Shown in pieces: positions 63,401-64,000 of a stretch of 64,000 bases of DNA (position 1 is the stretch's first letter; each line of letters opens with the position of its first letter). Location of the stretch: contig JAJFKB010000003.1 of NCBI GenBank assembly GCA_021773395.1, forward strand, positions 139,574 through 203,573, in the 5' to 3' direction. The notes under the pieces are model-generated. The model was not told where the DNA came from. It saw only the letters and a list, made by a program, of their open reading frames with translations, and did not search any database. The position numbers and the translations under genes are program-made. The DNA is from Gammaproteobacteria bacterium (lineage in GTDB: Bacteria > Pseudomonadota > Gammaproteobacteria > Pseudomonadales > IMCC2047).

Positions 63401-64000
63401 ATTCTTGGAAATAACGCGGAGGCAGAAACTACCTCGGTGCGTGGCCGTGTGGATCTTGAGGTGACAAAAACCCCTTCTGATGCCTCGGTCGAGCTGGATC
63501 AGCCTTATACATGGACCATTAGCGTGGTCAATAATGGCCCCGTTGAGAGTGACCAGACGGACCTGACTGACACGCTGCCCGCAGGTATGATTTTCCATGG
63601 CGCGGTGCCAAGCTGGAATAATGCCAACGATTCCACCAGCGGTAATTGTAGTATTGCTGGGAGCGATCTAAGTTGTGACCTTGGCACTATGTCAGTAGGA
63701 GCCACGGCAATTATTTCGGTACCCGTAATGATGGATGCCTTCACGGCATCGAGCGTGCAAAACTGCGCAACGGCTACTACCACCGGTGTCGATGTTACAC
63801 CTGCCAATAACGAAGATATATGCGGTGCGGTTACCGTGATCAATAATTATTTCCCCAGCGACTATGGAGATGCTCCAGATACCACAGCCGGTACCGGAGC
63901 GGGTGATTATGCTACGACTCTTGATAATGGTGGCCCCCGCCATATACAACCGGGTGGTACCTGGCTGGGTGCCTGTGTCGACAGTGATGGTGATGGCAGT
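60449..64000 (+). CDS. Very large secreted surface protein with at least 8 DUF11-type (conserved repeat domain) repeats followed by a GEVED-like DYGDAP region; 3' end beyond the window
   Basis: Not in the ORF track because no stop lies in the window. ATG 60449 is preceded by AGGAG and the frame stays open for 1184 codons to 64000. Signal peptide is MRFALPKWTIIAVSLFFPVAASA|VD. Repeats carry NNGP motifs and paired Cys (GWSC..LTC). The end reads SDYGDAPDTTAG... Confidence 0.85.
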   Translation, partial: MRFALPKWTIIAVSLFFPVAASAVDILVSSLLDAPDPAVREGEITYAVEVQNQQSDTASNVVLSFPLPGPSINPTSVFVSVDNGACSHDGGTPGTVTCNYGDMLGTAAVPAGPIETANIVIRSTQDTGNTLDVTASVTTDSSEANTVNNTLTQNTTIDDGADLTTTLVGTPNPVLGGGDLDYTATVSNNGPNNASSVQVVFILSPNLSYESGSASGSGWSCSISGQQLTCTRGSLADSSSAPDITFTAQVTGATGGTLTSTATVSAATGDPVPNNNVVTSDVTLNEGTDVAVTISSSSGSVIAGNNITLTLAPRNLGPFDAEDVDVVYTIPAGFTLVGSPNGTGWSCGVVLPIVTCSRSSYVIGATDDISLTLTAPFPAAPTVYSNPVSISTTTAEAAERMANNTDSVNVTVNPDGVDLSISKTKGPQPVAQGSSISSVITVHNNGPRNALAGTVTIQDVLVVSETYVSFSGTNWSCTDNTPNIDCTYNAALNNDANSSTLTITTTAAASGSLSNTATVAYSGSPGDYNNANDSDSETVTSTSLIGDLQLSKSADADNSDGDITTLDADPAGPNLEPTITYTLTIFNDGPDAVDGIVLRDPIPGYISGQTTVAVTASPANYSCSTGSTVVCTQTSGSLADQASDSFTITVTRPIRGGTRTNNATAFSTTVGDDDRSNNSASTTVVVETVADVEVQSKSVSPNPVKSGVEATYVITVRNNGPDTAQNVSVVDTFSLAGGDTGFTFISVSESQGSCSGLTPGNTYVAADTPTLTCNLGNVNNNNTATITLKIRPNYMASPPTPRTMDNSVTISTTTYDDNSLNDDFGPVTLTIVQDDIDLLINNSDIPDPVAWDPASSGDNANNDVVYHVEYTNRGPSYATGVQYVYTMTPKAGKTVRFDCDEAAALDACGVSTDTCSITGGSNPVTGGDTLELTCTGNTVSGKTDEMTANSTGHRYLHFRVLTEPDGTGDTHNTNAVISANEAETILGNNAEAETTSVRGRVDLEVTKTPSDASVELDQPYTWTISVVNNGPVESDQTDLTDTLPAGMIFHGAVPSWNNANDSTSGNCSIAGSDLSCDLGTMSVGATAIISVPVMMDAFTASSVQNCATATTTGVDVTPANNEDICGAVTVINNYFPSDYGDAPDTTAGTGAGDYATTLDNGGPRHIQPGGTWLGACVDSDGDGS

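Overview
This is an origin-proximal chromosomal segment of a gammaproteobacterium; a marine lineage is only a guess from gene content. The left 22 kb holds the classic core block: dnaN<-dnaA | rpmH-rnpA-yidD-yidC-mnmE | AT-rich DnaA-box region | mnmG-rsmG-parA-parB-atpIBEFHAGDC-glmU-glmS. Next come an SLC13/TrkA-C permease, a PAS-GAF-PAS-GGDEF-EAL protein, a PAPS module (cysC, HAL2-like cysQ, homomeric sat) and uvrD. After that is a split TRAP transporter locus with a repeat-rich junction, then HAD, MFS, glyA, agcS, and a LysR plus shikimate-kinase-like pair divergent from gcvTHP. A YghU-type GST and gcvR follow, then a TPP-riboswitch-led thiamine scavenging operon (TonB receptor, thiamine-binding protein, PnuC-family permease, ThiK-like kinase). 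The right end carries a LexA-boxed imuA-imuB-dnaE2 cassette and the 5' 3.5 kb of a very large DUF11-repeat surface protein. I saw no rRNA, tRNA, CRISPR, transposase or integrase genes. I also see no convincing new multi-gene system such as a defence system; most of the window is core housekeeping. Five observations seem most worth a second look. (1) The riboswitch-controlled outer-membrane-to-kinase thiamine route has an extra palindrome at its 5' end. (2) A roughly 0.5 kb GC-rich insert carrying a small Cys-rich, poly-Pro secreted protein is bracketed by two copies of the dctM 3' end, and these copies differ only synonymously. (3) A (TC)7 tract forms the promoter spacer of the giant adhesin gene. 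(4) The position of oriC is ambiguous between two regions. (5) The atpI 5' end lacks a canonical start codon. All protein calls rest on motif recognition by eye, not on searches.
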